A DNA stretch of 64,000 nt from a virus (Duplodnaviria; Caudoviricetes): the IMG/VR virus record IMGVR_UViG_3300042397_003635. One strand, 5' to 3'. The notes under the pieces were generated by a model. The model did no database searches. It was not told where the DNA came from and saw nothing but the letters and a program-made list of their open reading frames with translations. The translations under genes were made by a program, and so were the position numbers. Positions 1-9,900 of this stretch are shown piece by piece. Position 1 is the first letter of the stretch. Every line of letters starts with the position of its first letter.

Positions 1-449
1 AGTAGGGTTAATCTAATTGGATCTAGCGTCAATCCCTGCGGATCTGCAACAGTTGGAACACCAACTCCACTTAAACTTTTTCTTAGGTTTGCTGGTTCAA
101 CGTTTCCTTGACTTAAATAGTTAAGCGCATTATCTAAAAAGATAAAGTAATTTAGGTATGCATCGCTTAGTTTAAATTTAATTGTAAACTTACGCTCAAA
201 CATATCAGCGATTGGCTTAGCGCTTTTGAAATCTTGAACCTTTCCGAGAGGACGAGTCTGTGTAACAAGAGGAACGGTAAATCCATTAAATGTAACTGAC
301 TGAATAGTAGACGCCATAAAATCTTCAATCGTCTCGTATGGCATAATAAGACTATTGTAGTATTTCTCGTATTTCTTACTTATCTCCTTTGAGAAGAAAG
401 TCTCTGGGAAACTGATTAGGAATCCGTTTTGTCTTGCACTTAGTATCAT
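1..449 (-). CDS. Putative tail-tube-like structural protein, truncated by the window edge (not in ORF track)
   Basis: Hand translation from ATG at 449: MILSARQNGFLISFPETFFSKEISKKYEKYYNSLIMPYETIEDFMASTIQSVTF...ERKFTIKFKLSDAYLNYFIFLD..., open to position 1. An AATAAATA box lies just upstream. The tube-like call rests on weak motif resemblance and context. Confidence 0.45.
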   Translation of the reverse strand, partial: MILSARQNGFLISFPETFFSKEISKKYEKYYNSLIMPYETIEDFMASTIQSVTFNGFTVPLVTQTRPLGKVQDFKSAKPIADMFERKFTIKFKLSDAYLNYFIFLDNALNYLSQGNVEPANLRKSLSGVGVPTVADPQGLTLDPIRLTL

Positions 450-455
450 ATAGAT

Positions 456-463
456 TATTTATT
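456..463 (-). promoter_or_regulatory. T4-late-like promoter box AATAAATA
   Basis: Reverse complement of tatttatt, immediately upstream of ATG 449. Confidence 0.55.
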
Positions 464-470
464 CCACCAT

Positions 471-501
471 AAAAAAGAAAGGCTGCACTTTCGCACAGCC
501 T
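471..501 (-). terminator. Rho-independent terminator
   Basis: Minus strand AGGCTGTGC-GAAA-GTGCAGCCT (GNRA tetraloop, two G:U pairs) followed by TTCTTTTTT, ~30 nt after the stop of 530..979. Confidence 0.8.
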
Positions 502-529
502 GATCTTTGATAGTAGGATTTGTACTTTA

Positions 530-979
530 TTAAGCTTCTACAAACTTAAAGAAGGTAGGGTAGTTATTACCACTCTTTACTTCGCTAAGTGTTTCCAACT
601 TAATTGGGTGATATGACAACTCTTTTTCCTGACTCAATAGCTCATTAAATTCCTTATTGAACTCTGCAAAGTTAGGGTTCATCTTAGAAACTTCTTTACC
701 ATCCTTGTCCATTTCTTTGATAACCATTTGGAGAGAAACTCCACCTTGATCGTCAGCTGTGCCATATTTTTTGATCAATTCTTCACGTTGAGTATCTAGA
801 GTTTTAACCTCTGCTGATACAACGTCGTTTAACTGGTTAATCCAGTATTTAGCAACTAGACCAATCTCTTCGTCTAGAATACCATTTTTTACCTTCTCTC
901 CTGATTGCTGGTTGATCAAGCCATTAAGTTCGCTCTGTAGAGAGTAGATTTCAAAAAGTTTTACCTTTAAGTTCTTCAT
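530..979 (-). CDS. Hypothetical helical protein (DUF1617-like, possible tail assembly chaperone)
   Basis: 149 aa, acidic and helical. The ELIKKYGTADDQG segment resembles DUF1617-type phage proteins found near tail fibre genes (from memory, not searched). Confidence 0.4.
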   Translation of the reverse strand: MKNLKVKLFEIYSLQSELNGLINQQSGEKVKNGILDEEIGLVAKYWINQLNDVVSAEVKTLDTQREELIKKYGTADDQGGVSLQMVIKEMDKDGKEVSKMNPNFAEFNKEFNELLSQEKELSYHPIKLETLSEVKSGNNYPTFFKFVEA

Positions 980-1001
980 GAAGTTGTTACTTTTTTGTTT
1001 C

Positions 1002-1028
1002 TTATACTATAGTTCCATTTCAGGTTTT
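1002..1028 (-). promoter_or_regulatory. Candidate promoter AAAAC-N16-GTATAA
   Basis: Minus strand AAAAC ctgaaatggaactata GTATAAG, 23 nt upstream of ATG 979. The same spacing recurs at four other gene starts. Confidence 0.55.
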
Positions 1029-1035
1029 GCTGCAT

Positions 1036-1066
1036 AAAAAAAGGGAACACAAAAATATTCCCTTTT
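1036..1066 (-). terminator. Rho-independent terminator
   Basis: Minus strand AAAAGGGAA-loop-TTCCCTTTT running into a T tract, just after the stop of 1086..1436. Confidence 0.65.
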
Positions 1067-1085
1067 AACTAATTTAAAATTTAAA

Positions 1086-1436
1086 TTACGGTTGAGCTGG
1101 AGCTGGTTCAGCCGGTGGAGTAACTGGAGTTGGTTCCGGTTGAACCCATTCAGTATCTCTAACTAGACCGGCTTTTGCTAATACTACATCAACAAATACC
1201 ATATCATCAGTACCCCAAGTGGCAGTATCTTCAGCTGTACAATTAATGTGCTTAGACATAATTTGAACTACTGCTGCAGAGGGCGCAGTTGGCATAGGAT
1301 CAGCTTCATATAAATTAACCATTGCTGTAGCTAATCCGGTTGCTAAATCATAGTGCATTAGGTGAATTGTAGCAAATTCTGCAGTTTTGCCAAATCCTGT
1401 AATCGATTCGATTTTTACTTTTAACATTGTGAACAA
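1086..1436 (-). CDS. Small hypothetical tail-associated protein with Pro/Ala-rich C-terminus
   Basis: 116 aa (true start may be the ATG at 1427). C-terminus PEPTPVTPPAEPAPAQP; exact TATAAATA upstream. Confidence 0.6.
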   Translation of the reverse strand: MFTMLKVKIESITGFGKTAEFATIHLMHYDLATGLATAMVNLYEADPMPTAPSAAVVQIMSKHINCTAEDTATWGTDDMVFVDVVLAKAGLVRDTEWVQPEPTPVTPPAEPAPAQP

Positions 1437-1446
1437 TATTTTTTAT

Positions 1447-1454
1447 TATTTATA
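1447..1454 (-). promoter_or_regulatory. T4-type late promoter TATAAATA
   Basis: Exact T4 late consensus upstream of 1086..1436. Confidence 0.65.
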
Positions 1455-1793
1455 CTAGACAGTAGCAGTTGGTTCTGACCAGGCTTCAGTTGCAAGAAGA
1501 GTAAGGATCTCATCATGAGTTAATTCTGGATAAGATTCACTCCAAACTGAAGGTCTTCCGTATGTTCCCGCTAGAGTAGTATAGGTTTCCTCAACCATTG
1601 TTTCAGGGTTAAGAAAGGTTTTTACAATATCTTCTTCGATAATATTGATATCGTATTTTATAAAGGTTTGGGTTCCATCTAGAGAATATCTCAGTGAATC
1701 TTGACTAAATTCCAAGACTTCATTAAAATTAATTGATTCAACTAGGGTCGATGGAATTACTAACCATCTTCTATTTTCAAATGGGGTTGGCAT
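1455..1793 (-). CDS. Hypothetical protein of the kind that accompanies LamG virion proteins in aquatic phages
   Basis: 112 aa, INFNEVLEFSQDSLRYSLDGTQTFIKY motif; start overlaps the stop of the upstream LamG gene. Confidence 0.55.
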   Translation of the reverse strand: MPTPFENRRWLVIPSTLVESINFNEVLEFSQDSLRYSLDGTQTFIKYDINIIEEDIVKTFLNPETMVEETYTTLAGTYGRPSVWSESYPELTHDEILTLLATEAWSEPTATV

Positions 1794-3349
1794 TATAAAT
1801 TAAATCTTTTTTTGTATGATTTGAAGTTTTGAGATAATTCATCTGGTGTAAGTACTCTATTATAAATTTTAATTATTGGAATTTTTCCAATAAACCAGCG
1901 CTCTCCGCTTGTAGAAAATCCCTTTCCAAATACCAAATTAGAAAAGGATCCATACCAATTGTTAAATGTAGTAGTTGTTACTGGGGAACCATTATAATAT
2001 GAAATAAAGGTTGAGCCTGTTCTAGTAAGAGCTACATGATGATAAACTGCTCCATTTAATCCAGATGATACAACAGTTATTCCAGTATAACTGCCAGAAG
2101 AATCGCCAACCACCCATCCAAGATTACCCGAAGAGTTTTGTTCAAGTCTTGGCCCGATATTACTATAAGATCCACTGTATACTAACCAATTACAATCCAT
2201 AGGATTTCGGTAATTTGAAACGCTATCTGATTTAAAAACAATTTCTATTGTAAAATCTGAAATTGATCCTAAATTACCTACTCCTCCAAAATCATCAGTT
2301 CCATCAAATTGAAATACTCCAGCTGAATCATAACTCATAGTTGAAATATCAATAGTTCTATTGCCAGTTGCATCCAATAAAGCCTGTGTTGCGCTTCGGG
2401 TTCCTGCAACAAATGGCGTTGGGTGACTATTTCTTTCAACCTGAATATTTGCAAGATCATACTTATCTAGCGCTCCCGGCCAAAAATAAGAAATTACATA
2501 TTCATTAATTGGAGTAAACTGGAATGACTGTCTGGTCCAAACTCCTAACGGCCCATGCGTATATCCGTGACCCCAACTTGTTGGACTAACGCTTCCATAG
2601 TTATAATTTGACATGGATCCGCCAGCATTTGCAGTTTGTTGGTTAAGGGCTCTTGTCCAAAATGAATATGTATGAACTTGTCCAGGAACAACGACTGCAT
2701 CTGGTCCATACGACATACCATCTGCGCTCTCTGGCCGATGTGCATGCAATCTCATACAGTCAGTTTTTTGTGAAGGATATAGATCAAATCCTCCAACTAT
2801 AATTTCTTTTACTAATCCTGAGTTAGGTAAGTGTGGGGCTCCCCACCATTTGGTTGGAAATCCACTTGCACTAACTGAAACTCGCTGGTCTAACCAAAAT
2901 GAATCGTGTACTTTATGTCCACCGGTTGCAGGATTAATATAACCCTGATCTCCTCCCTGTGAACCATTATATGCATGCAGAGAAAATTGGGTATCTGAAA
3001 TCTTTTTTGCAAAATAATCTGTACCTGCAGTTACACCGCCTCCAGTTGATTCAGGTCGTATAACATCAAATGAATAAATTCCATGTGAACCATTTGTTGT
3101 TATAATATTATTTGAAACACTTGCAATAGATGGGATATCCCAATAAACTGCACAGCCATTATTTCCACAGTATTTGTTTGTATTGTATGATGCCCAGCCA
3201 TTTCCAAAAGTTGGATAACTATTTACTTGAGGAGACGGTATTGTGTTTACAGCAGGCTCCCCTCTATAACTATTAAAAAAATCAGCAGAGTCAAACGCAA
3301 AAATTAATCCACGCGAAACCTGTCCATTATATCCTATACGAATTGCCAT
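1793..3349 (-). CDS. LamG/concanavalin A-like lectin virion protein with large internal insertion
   Basis: N-terminal GLIFAFDSAD..SY; C-terminal FQFDGTDD...FTIEIVFK...YHHVALTR...SYYNG...FIGKIPIIKIYNRVLTPDELSQNF is a typical Laminin_G_3 signature. Confidence 0.8.
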   Translation of the reverse strand: MAIRIGYNGQVSRGLIFAFDSADFFNSYRGEPAVNTIPSPQVNSYPTFGNGWASYNTNKYCGNNGCAVYWDIPSIASVSNNIITTNGSHGIYSFDVIRPESTGGGVTAGTDYFAKKISDTQFSLHAYNGSQGGDQGYINPATGGHKVHDSFWLDQRVSVSASGFPTKWWGAPHLPNSGLVKEIIVGGFDLYPSQKTDCMRLHAHRPESADGMSYGPDAVVVPGQVHTYSFWTRALNQQTANAGGSMSNYNYGSVSPTSWGHGYTHGPLGVWTRQSFQFTPINEYVISYFWPGALDKYDLANIQVERNSHPTPFVAGTRSATQALLDATGNRTIDISTMSYDSAGVFQFDGTDDFGGVGNLGSISDFTIEIVFKSDSVSNYRNPMDCNWLVYSGSYSNIGPRLEQNSSGNLGWVVGDSSGSYTGITVVSSGLNGAVYHHVALTRTGSTFISYYNGSPVTTTTFNNWYGSFSNLVFGKGFSTSGERWFIGKIPIIKIYNRVLTPDELSQNFKSYKKRFNL

Positions 3350-3364
3350 TCCATAATAGTATTT

Positions 3365-4585
3365 TTAGCAGAGGTAACATCCTCTATTTTCATATCTAAC
3401 TCGAGTTCTTCTATAAATGTCTAATATTTCTGGGGCACCCAAAACTCTATTGTAAGCAAGAGCCATTGGAATTTCTCCAAGATATTTAGAGTGGTATTCT
3501 CCCCCAATCATTGGCGGCGATCCTAAATAGGTTCCTCCATAAAATCCAGTACTTGCTGAATTAACCAATACGCCATTTAAATAAAGTTTAAGTTGACCAT
3601 CCGTTGATCGGGTACACGCTAACATATTCCAACCAGTCGGAGTTGCTCCTCCACCTAGTAGATATTCGCTTGTTCCATTATTATTTCCAACCCAGGCTGC
3701 AATTGAACCATGATAATAGCTCATTAATTTAAGTCCAGCTCTGTAATCAGGAGAAGTACAAATTAAGGTTCGGTGAGGAGCACCTGTGTCGCCATACCAT
3801 TCAAACCAAGAAACGAGAGTTTGATTTTGTGAAAGCTGAGTAAGCGGACCGCCTGAAACAGTTAGCCAATCATTTGTACCATCAAAATATAGAGTTCCTT
3901 CATTAATATAGCCAGCTCTGGTTAAATCAATTGTGGAATTTCCAGTTACGTCAACTAGTGCATTAGTTACGCTACGCGTTCCAAGCACAAGTGGAGTTAC
4001 GTGAGACTTTTGTTCAACTTGATAACCAAAATAGGCAACTTTTTCTCCAACATAGTCTCCAGTATAGCTACTCATGTAAATTCCATTTTCATTGGATTGG
4101 GTAGTTACAACAGCAGTTAGCCTGATCCACTTTTGTCTTGGCCAATTTAAGTAATTAGTATCGCCATTATACGCAAATGTACCGATTGAATTATTATTAA
4201 CGGCAGTTCTTACATAGGGCTGAGCTTGCATAGTACTTCCTTGAAACCAAAAATAAATTGAAAACGCATACTGTAAACTTGGGGCAACTGGAATAATTGA
4301 AGATCCAATGTGTTGATTACCGGCTGCAGTTACTTCAGAACTAAAAATTCTTAAATTAGTCGTATCGACATTTGGAATTACCGGTTTAGCTAATGAAGTA
4401 TCATTGTCATTTAAGATACTTGATCCAGAGTTAAACCACCAGTTACCATTTGAATTTAGGTAATTATTAGTTGCATAGGCAATATTAGTAGTAGTTTCCC
4501 CAAAATAGGAGGTATTTGTATCGTTTGTATCGAATGCAAATATTAAGCCATTTTCGCTATAGTCTAATCCAGTTTTAACTGACAT
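3365..4585 (-). CDS. LamG/concanavalin A-like lectin virion protein with internal insertion
   Basis: GLIFAFDTND..SY, LYFDGTND, WNMLACTR, LYLNG, YLGEIPMALAYNRVL. Confidence 0.8.
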   Translation of the reverse strand: MSVKTGLDYSENGLIFAFDTNDTNTSYFGETTTNIAYATNNYLNSNGNWWFNSGSSILNDNDTSLAKPVIPNVDTTNLRIFSSEVTAAGNQHIGSSIIPVAPSLQYAFSIYFWFQGSTMQAQPYVRTAVNNNSIGTFAYNGDTNYLNWPRQKWIRLTAVVTTQSNENGIYMSSYTGDYVGEKVAYFGYQVEQKSHVTPLVLGTRSVTNALVDVTGNSTIDLTRAGYINEGTLYFDGTNDWLTVSGGPLTQLSQNQTLVSWFEWYGDTGAPHRTLICTSPDYRAGLKLMSYYHGSIAAWVGNNNGTSEYLLGGGATPTGWNMLACTRSTDGQLKLYLNGVLVNSASTGFYGGTYLGSPPMIGGEYHSKYLGEIPMALAYNRVLGAPEILDIYRRTRVRYENRGCYLC

Positions 4586-4587
4586 AA

Positions 4588-4710
4588 TTATTGAGTGATG
4601 ACGGCTTGTGCCTCGGCTTCAGAATAATAAATTCCAATTAAGTCTGCTCCCTCCAATACAAACCAGCATGGAGTTCCATCTACATCAAATCCAGTTTCTA
4701 TGTACTTCAT
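4588..4710 (-). CDS. 40-aa small protein (missed by ORF track)
   Basis: MKYIETGFDVDGTPCWFVLEGADLIGIYYSEAEAQAVITQ*. The ATG overlaps the upstream TGA (ATGA) and the stop lies 2 nt before the next ATG, filling the gap exactly. Confidence 0.7.
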   Translation of the reverse strand: MKYIETGFDVDGTPCWFVLEGADLIGIYYSEAEAQAVITQ

Positions 4711-5384
4711 CGACCGTGTCTATTTTTTTGTGCATTATAATTTTGAAGAACCTCTTCACCAGTTAATGCATTATTGTATACTCTAATTGTAGAAATTCCA
4801 CCTGCAAATTGACGACCGTCTCCTTCCCAACCAATATTACAGTCGCTATAGACATAACCTGCTGTTGCATAGGTTGAAACCGTATTTACAAGCGAACCAT
4901 TGACATATTGTTTTAAGGTTCGATTTTTTGTGTCCCAAACCGAAACCAGATGGTGCCATCTTTCTCTATCCATAGTTACGCCTGGCTCATGATAGCCTTG
5001 ATTTGTTGTCGAATACCAATAATTACTTAATTGTTGATTTCCTTTATTCCAACTTAGATAAGCATATCCTTGGAAAATACAACCTCTATCTCCACCGCTT
5101 AATTCACCGGCAGCCGGATAAATCCATGCCTCTAATGTAAGGGTATTCATATATTGATTTGATCCAAATCTGACAGCAAATCTGTCACCAATATCATCTA
5201 AATAGAAACATTTGGCGCCGCCTACTGTAATATTTCTTGGACTTCCATAGATATCTGCATATTTACCGTTGGTACTAAGATCCGACCAAATTGCACCCGA
5301 TCCAGGATAACTAGAAGGATCCCCTGCATCTAGCGCAAGTATTAAACCTTTTGTAACTATTCTTGGATTGTAGTGGAGTGCCAT
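4707..5384 (-). CDS. LamG/concanavalin A-like lectin virion protein (compact form)
   Basis: MALHYNPRIVTKGLILALDAGDPSSYPGSGAIWSDLS; TLEAWIYP; WHHLVSVWD; YVNG; FAGGISTIRVYNNALTGEEVLQNY. Confidence 0.85.
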   Translation of the reverse strand: MALHYNPRIVTKGLILALDAGDPSSYPGSGAIWSDLSTNGKYADIYGSPRNITVGGAKCFYLDDIGDRFAVRFGSNQYMNTLTLEAWIYPAAGELSGGDRGCIFQGYAYLSWNKGNQQLSNYWYSTTNQGYHEPGVTMDRERWHHLVSVWDTKNRTLKQYVNGSLVNTVSTYATAGYVYSDCNIGWEGDGRQFAGGISTIRVYNNALTGEEVLQNYNAQKNRHGR

Positions 5385-5638
5385 TATGCTTGAGTTGTCG
5401 CTGCATTTTTTGCTTTATTATGAAATATTTGAGCATAGAACGCAAAATTATGGGTGATAAGACCAAATTCAGGAGAGCCTATATGAATAGCCCCTTCTTC
5501 GCGTTCACAAATAAAGAATATTGTTGAATTTACATCAATAATTCCAACGACTTTCATTCTTGAATTTGCTCCAATATTATAATAAGTGTCTAATTCATAG
5601 ACAGCTTCTTCAACTTGATATGACTGTAAATTTTGCAT
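5384..5638 (-). CDS. Hypothetical protein
   Basis: 84 aa, tightly packed in the operon (TAATG stop/start overlap with the downstream gene). Confidence 0.6.
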   Translation of the reverse strand: MQNLQSYQVEEAVYELDTYYNIGANSRMKVVGIIDVNSTIFFICEREEGAIHIGSPEFGLITHNFAFYAQIFHNKAKNAATTQA

Positions 5639-5639
5639 A

Positions 5640-6956
5640 TTATATGATTTGTTCTTTTCTATTATGTGATACTACATCTTCAATTACATAAGTATGTGCT
5701 TGATCAACTTCAATTTGAATAACCGGTAATTCTCCAAGTTCCTCAATTGATTCAATTTCTGCAATACCATCTATAGTTTGTACTTTTGCACCAACCCATA
5801 GTTCTGATAAGGCTACAAATCCCATACTTTCGGTTAAGAATTTGTGATTGCTTGATACTTTTAAAGTTTTTCCGCCTATCACAGTTTGACTTACAATATT
5901 AGTTGCAGGGTTTGCTAGGGTCACCTGGTATGATCCCCATTCACCAGTATGTTCGTGTTTAGTGTAAACATAATCTCCAACTTTAAGATCTCCTGCCATC
6001 ACCCAAGTGTTAGGAGCAATTAAGATTGGCATATCTGGGGTCGGACAGACACCTGATCCACATACCTCGTTGAGGTTACCATATCCACCATATGCGATTT
6101 CAAATCCACAGAAAAGATATTCTCCCCAGCAACAAGCCCAACCTTCAACTTGGTTATTATTACAATCAGTACCTTGCCACCAACCACTTCCATCTGAATA
6201 AAAGTTATAACAATCACTAGCCGGTGGAACATATCCACATGATGCAGAATTGCTCTCAATTAAAGTTGAATAGGTTCCATTACAGCCATCTGAATAAGTA
6301 TAATAAAGATTATATCCTGAACAGTATTGACTTAAGTATGTTCCGTTTGCTGGAGAACAACAACATCCTCCGCATGCAGTAGTACAACCTTGGCTTGTAT
6401 CGTAAGTTCCACAGCTACCATTTGCATATCGATAGTAGAGAGTACAGCCTGAACAAAACTGACTTAAGTATGTTCCATAGGCTGGACAACCGGCTCCAGT
6501 AGTTATACTAAGTTGATTTGAATATCCAGAATAACCATTAGTTGAAGTACAAGTTATACGTACTCTTATTAAATATGTTGTACTTGCAGAAAGTCCGCTA
6601 ATTGTTTTGGTTCCTTCGCAGCCTCCAGTATTGTTACTCCAGCTGCTACCTCCATTTGAGCTATATTCAACGTGCATTGCTGTACAGTTTGAATAACTTA
6701 CATTAATTGTAATTGAACTTGATGTGCTTGAATTACTTGAAATACTTGGCGCATTACAGCAGGCAAATGTATGGTTATAACCTCGCCACTCAGACATTGC
6801 CGCAGAATTGGCTGAACTAGGGCGACTTGGCGAACACGAGTTTATTGCAGCATACGAACCATTCTCTGCTGAATCTAAACTGATTTGAGCATTAGATGCA
6901 CGACCTAATTCTAAGTTAATAGCGGTCATTGAAACTGTGCCAGTTCCTATTGCCAT
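5640..6956 (-). CDS. Cys-rich tail-tip/adhesin-like protein with FN3-like domain and C-terminal Hint (intein-like) domain
   Basis: N-terminal MAIGTGTVSMTAINLELGR; FN3-like ...TISGLSASTTYLIRVR; two GTYLSQxCSG repeats; Hint from C(6047)PTPDMPIL..W..AGDLKVGD through VSSNHKF to VSHN(5661). Confidence 0.75.
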   Translation of the reverse strand: MAIGTGTVSMTAINLELGRASNAQISLDSAENGSYAAINSCSPSRPSSANSAAMSEWRGYNHTFACCNAPSISSNSSTSSSITINVSYSNCTAMHVEYSSNGGSSWSNNTGGCEGTKTISGLSASTTYLIRVRITCTSTNGYSGYSNQLSITTGAGCPAYGTYLSQFCSGCTLYYRYANGSCGTYDTSQGCTTACGGCCCSPANGTYLSQYCSGYNLYYTYSDGCNGTYSTLIESNSASCGYVPPASDCYNFYSDGSGWWQGTDCNNNQVEGWACCWGEYLFCGFEIAYGGYGNLNEVCGSGVCPTPDMPILIAPNTWVMAGDLKVGDYVYTKHEHTGEWGSYQVTLANPATNIVSQTVIGGKTLKVSSNHKFLTESMGFVALSELWVGAKVQTIDGIAEIESIEELGELPVIQIEVDQAHTYVIEDVVSHNRKEQII

Positions 6957-6957
6957 A

Positions 6958-9900
6958 TTATTCGCCTTTTAATTTTTTAACTTCAGATCTAAGTTCTTCA
7001 ATTTGAAGTTGTTGTTCCTTAATAGATTCAATTAAGAGCGGCACTAATTTATCATAGCTAACTGTTAAATAGGATTCTCCACTCTTAGATCCAATTGCTT
7101 GATTGTTTTCATCAAACTCTGTATCGAATGGCGCAAGTGTAACAACTTCTGGTAAAACTGACTGTACTTCTTGTGCAGAAAGACCTACCTGAAGCTTTTC
7201 GTCTTTATATCCAAATGACTTAGCTAAGTCGTTATTTACGTAATAGAAACCTGTTAACTGCTTAATTTTATCTAGTGCATTTTCAATAGTGCCGACTCTA
7301 GTTTTTAATCGTTCGTCAGAATAAAATGCAATGATATCGCCTTCAGCATATACCCAATTGTATGAATAAACATAATCATAATTGGTTCGATTTAATCTAG
7401 AGGTACCGTTTGGATCTAGGTAATAACCAGAGTTATTTGAATCATAGAGGATTGTACAGTAAACATCACCGCCTGTTCCTAGGTAAACATTTCCGTGCCA
7501 TGTATTGTGAAGATAAATTCCAGGTTTGCTTGTAACATTGTCCCATGCAACAGAACCTGCAGAATCTGCATATGGTCGATATGCATCAGAATACATTCTA
7601 GACCAGCCCGACCATGACGTTCCGCTAGTTGCATATCTATGGTATAATCCGGCTGCGCCGCCAAAACCTAATTGATTTTGTCTGTGGGATGGATCGTAGC
7701 TAGACCACGGACAAACTGTTAAAATTGACACCCAATAATCTGAACCACTCATACCAACTGTGTCCCTATCATTAAAGTGCCAGCTATTCGCTAAACCGTG
7801 CCAATCGTTTGGATTTCTATTAGAGTGTCGATAGTCGTTTGTGCTATTTACAATATATGAGCTTGTTGCATAACCAGAAGTATTTGCATATCTTACACCT
7901 AAATCTGAAGGTTCAACCCATCCACTTCCTGAATAGGCTCCGTTATTATATGCCAATCTTCCATAATATGCATATCTTACACCAAGATCGGATGGTTCAA
8001 TCCAGCCAGATCCAGAATAGGCACCATTATTATAAACATATCTTGAATAGTCTATATAGTTTCGGCCTTCTCCTCTTGAAATTGCAACACGAGAACCTGC
8101 ATCAAAAAGAGCGCTTGCATATAAATTATTAGCAACTCTAACGTGTGTATCTCCATTACCAACTGAGAAAAGCTCAGTTGCCATATCTGAATCACTATAG
8201 AATCTGGTACCTCCATATCCAGTATTGGCTCCAAGTTTAATACCTGTGTGATAACCTATATGTAGGTCTGGATAAGGATGACTCCATCCTCCGCCGCCTT
8301 GATAAATTGCATAGGAGTGATTACTTGAGTTACCAGAATCTCCACCAACTCCAGTAAAAAATAGAGTTTTAATTGTTCTAGCTTCATCATTTCTCCAATA
8401 AGAAAAATTGTTTATTTCGGTTTCTGTATAGTATCTGTCGTCGTGGGTGTGAGACGGCAGTGAGGTTAAGTAACCTACTCCAGCGTGATTACCCCATCCA
8501 TATGCAGTATTCCAATTTGATATATTAGTGGATGAAAAGTCTCTTGAGTCCCACAGTTGGTATCTACTTCCAGTCTCCGACCATCCTCCAACATGCATTC
8601 GGTTGCTACTTCGTTCTAATCCGAAATGAACAGCATAATCATTACCAATATGAAAAGACATAAAGGCATCATTGCCGTCTTCTGATCTTACGGATAAAGC
8701 GTGGTTTCCGGCATCTTGACTAAGATTACCTACAGATCCAAATCTAGTAGCGGTAGGCCATGAGGCTGAACTTGAAATCTGAGTACCCTTTAAAATATAT
8801 CGACTGTCAGATTCACTCTCAGTATAATATCTGTCATCGTGTGTATGGCCAACATTAGATTTAGCGCCTAATAAGTTAGACAACCAATCTCCTGCCCATC
8901 TCATCCATAGGTTTCCATCTCCTCCAGCAAAATACGCTTGAGTAACAGCGCCTTTAGAAAAAATCCAATCACTGTTTTCAATACCAAATACCATACTTCC
9001 ACTTGGTCTATATAGACCTGCACCTCCCCACATATCTCCAACTCTAATTGATCCTCCACCATAGAAATAAGTTGCATGCATATCGTAGTCAGTTCGCCAA
9101 TTACCAGTATTATCGCAATATGCGCCCCAACCAGACGATGAATTTAAAAATCCAATTCGACCGCTATTTGTATGAATACGCCTAGTAGTTTCATCAGTAT
9201 CTGTCATGTAGATATCTGAAGATGTTGTATTACCTATAGTTAATGATCCATAAACCTGAGCGCCTCCGGTATCGACTCTAACTCTCCAGTTATCGCCGCT
9301 ATCTAAAAGACCAAAGCCTGAACCATCGCCATAAACAGATCCTCTAAGGGTACTTTCATGATTTATTCTAAACTGTAAATGAACAACTGATCCGCCATTA
9401 CCGGTAATACCCCATATAGATCCTCCTCTTGAGTAAAAGTGATTTCCATTTGCTTGGTTATAGAGACCTTCGTTATTATTGTTATTACGGAACCACTCAT
9501 TTGCATAAACGTCGCTAAAGGTTGGGGATGAAGAAGTTAATACGGCTTGGTTTAGATAACTAGATAACCAAGTTGAACGAGTTCCTAAATAAAGATCGCC
9601 GCTTGCTCCAAGATTACCGTTAGTCCATATACCAGAGTTAGCTTGATATAGGTAATATGTGGCACCTCCTAAATAGACATAACTGTCAAATCTGGCAGAA
9701 CCTCCACTGTATACAGTTTTATTACCAAGTACTCTTAAATAATCAGCATCTTCCATAAACCAACCGCTACCCCAACCAAATGCTAGTTTTTCATCTCTAA
9801 GTACAGTTGCGGTTCCTCGACCAAATACGATTGCATCGTTTGCTCCTAATAATTGAATCGATCCATTTACAAATAGTCTATTATTAGTTGGTGAGGTTTG

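Noticed and set aside
5661-6047. Canonical splicing intein or homing endonuclease
   Set aside because: There is no C/S/T after the terminal Asn, essentially no C-extein and no LAGLIDADG/HNH insert; reported instead as a cleaving Hint domain
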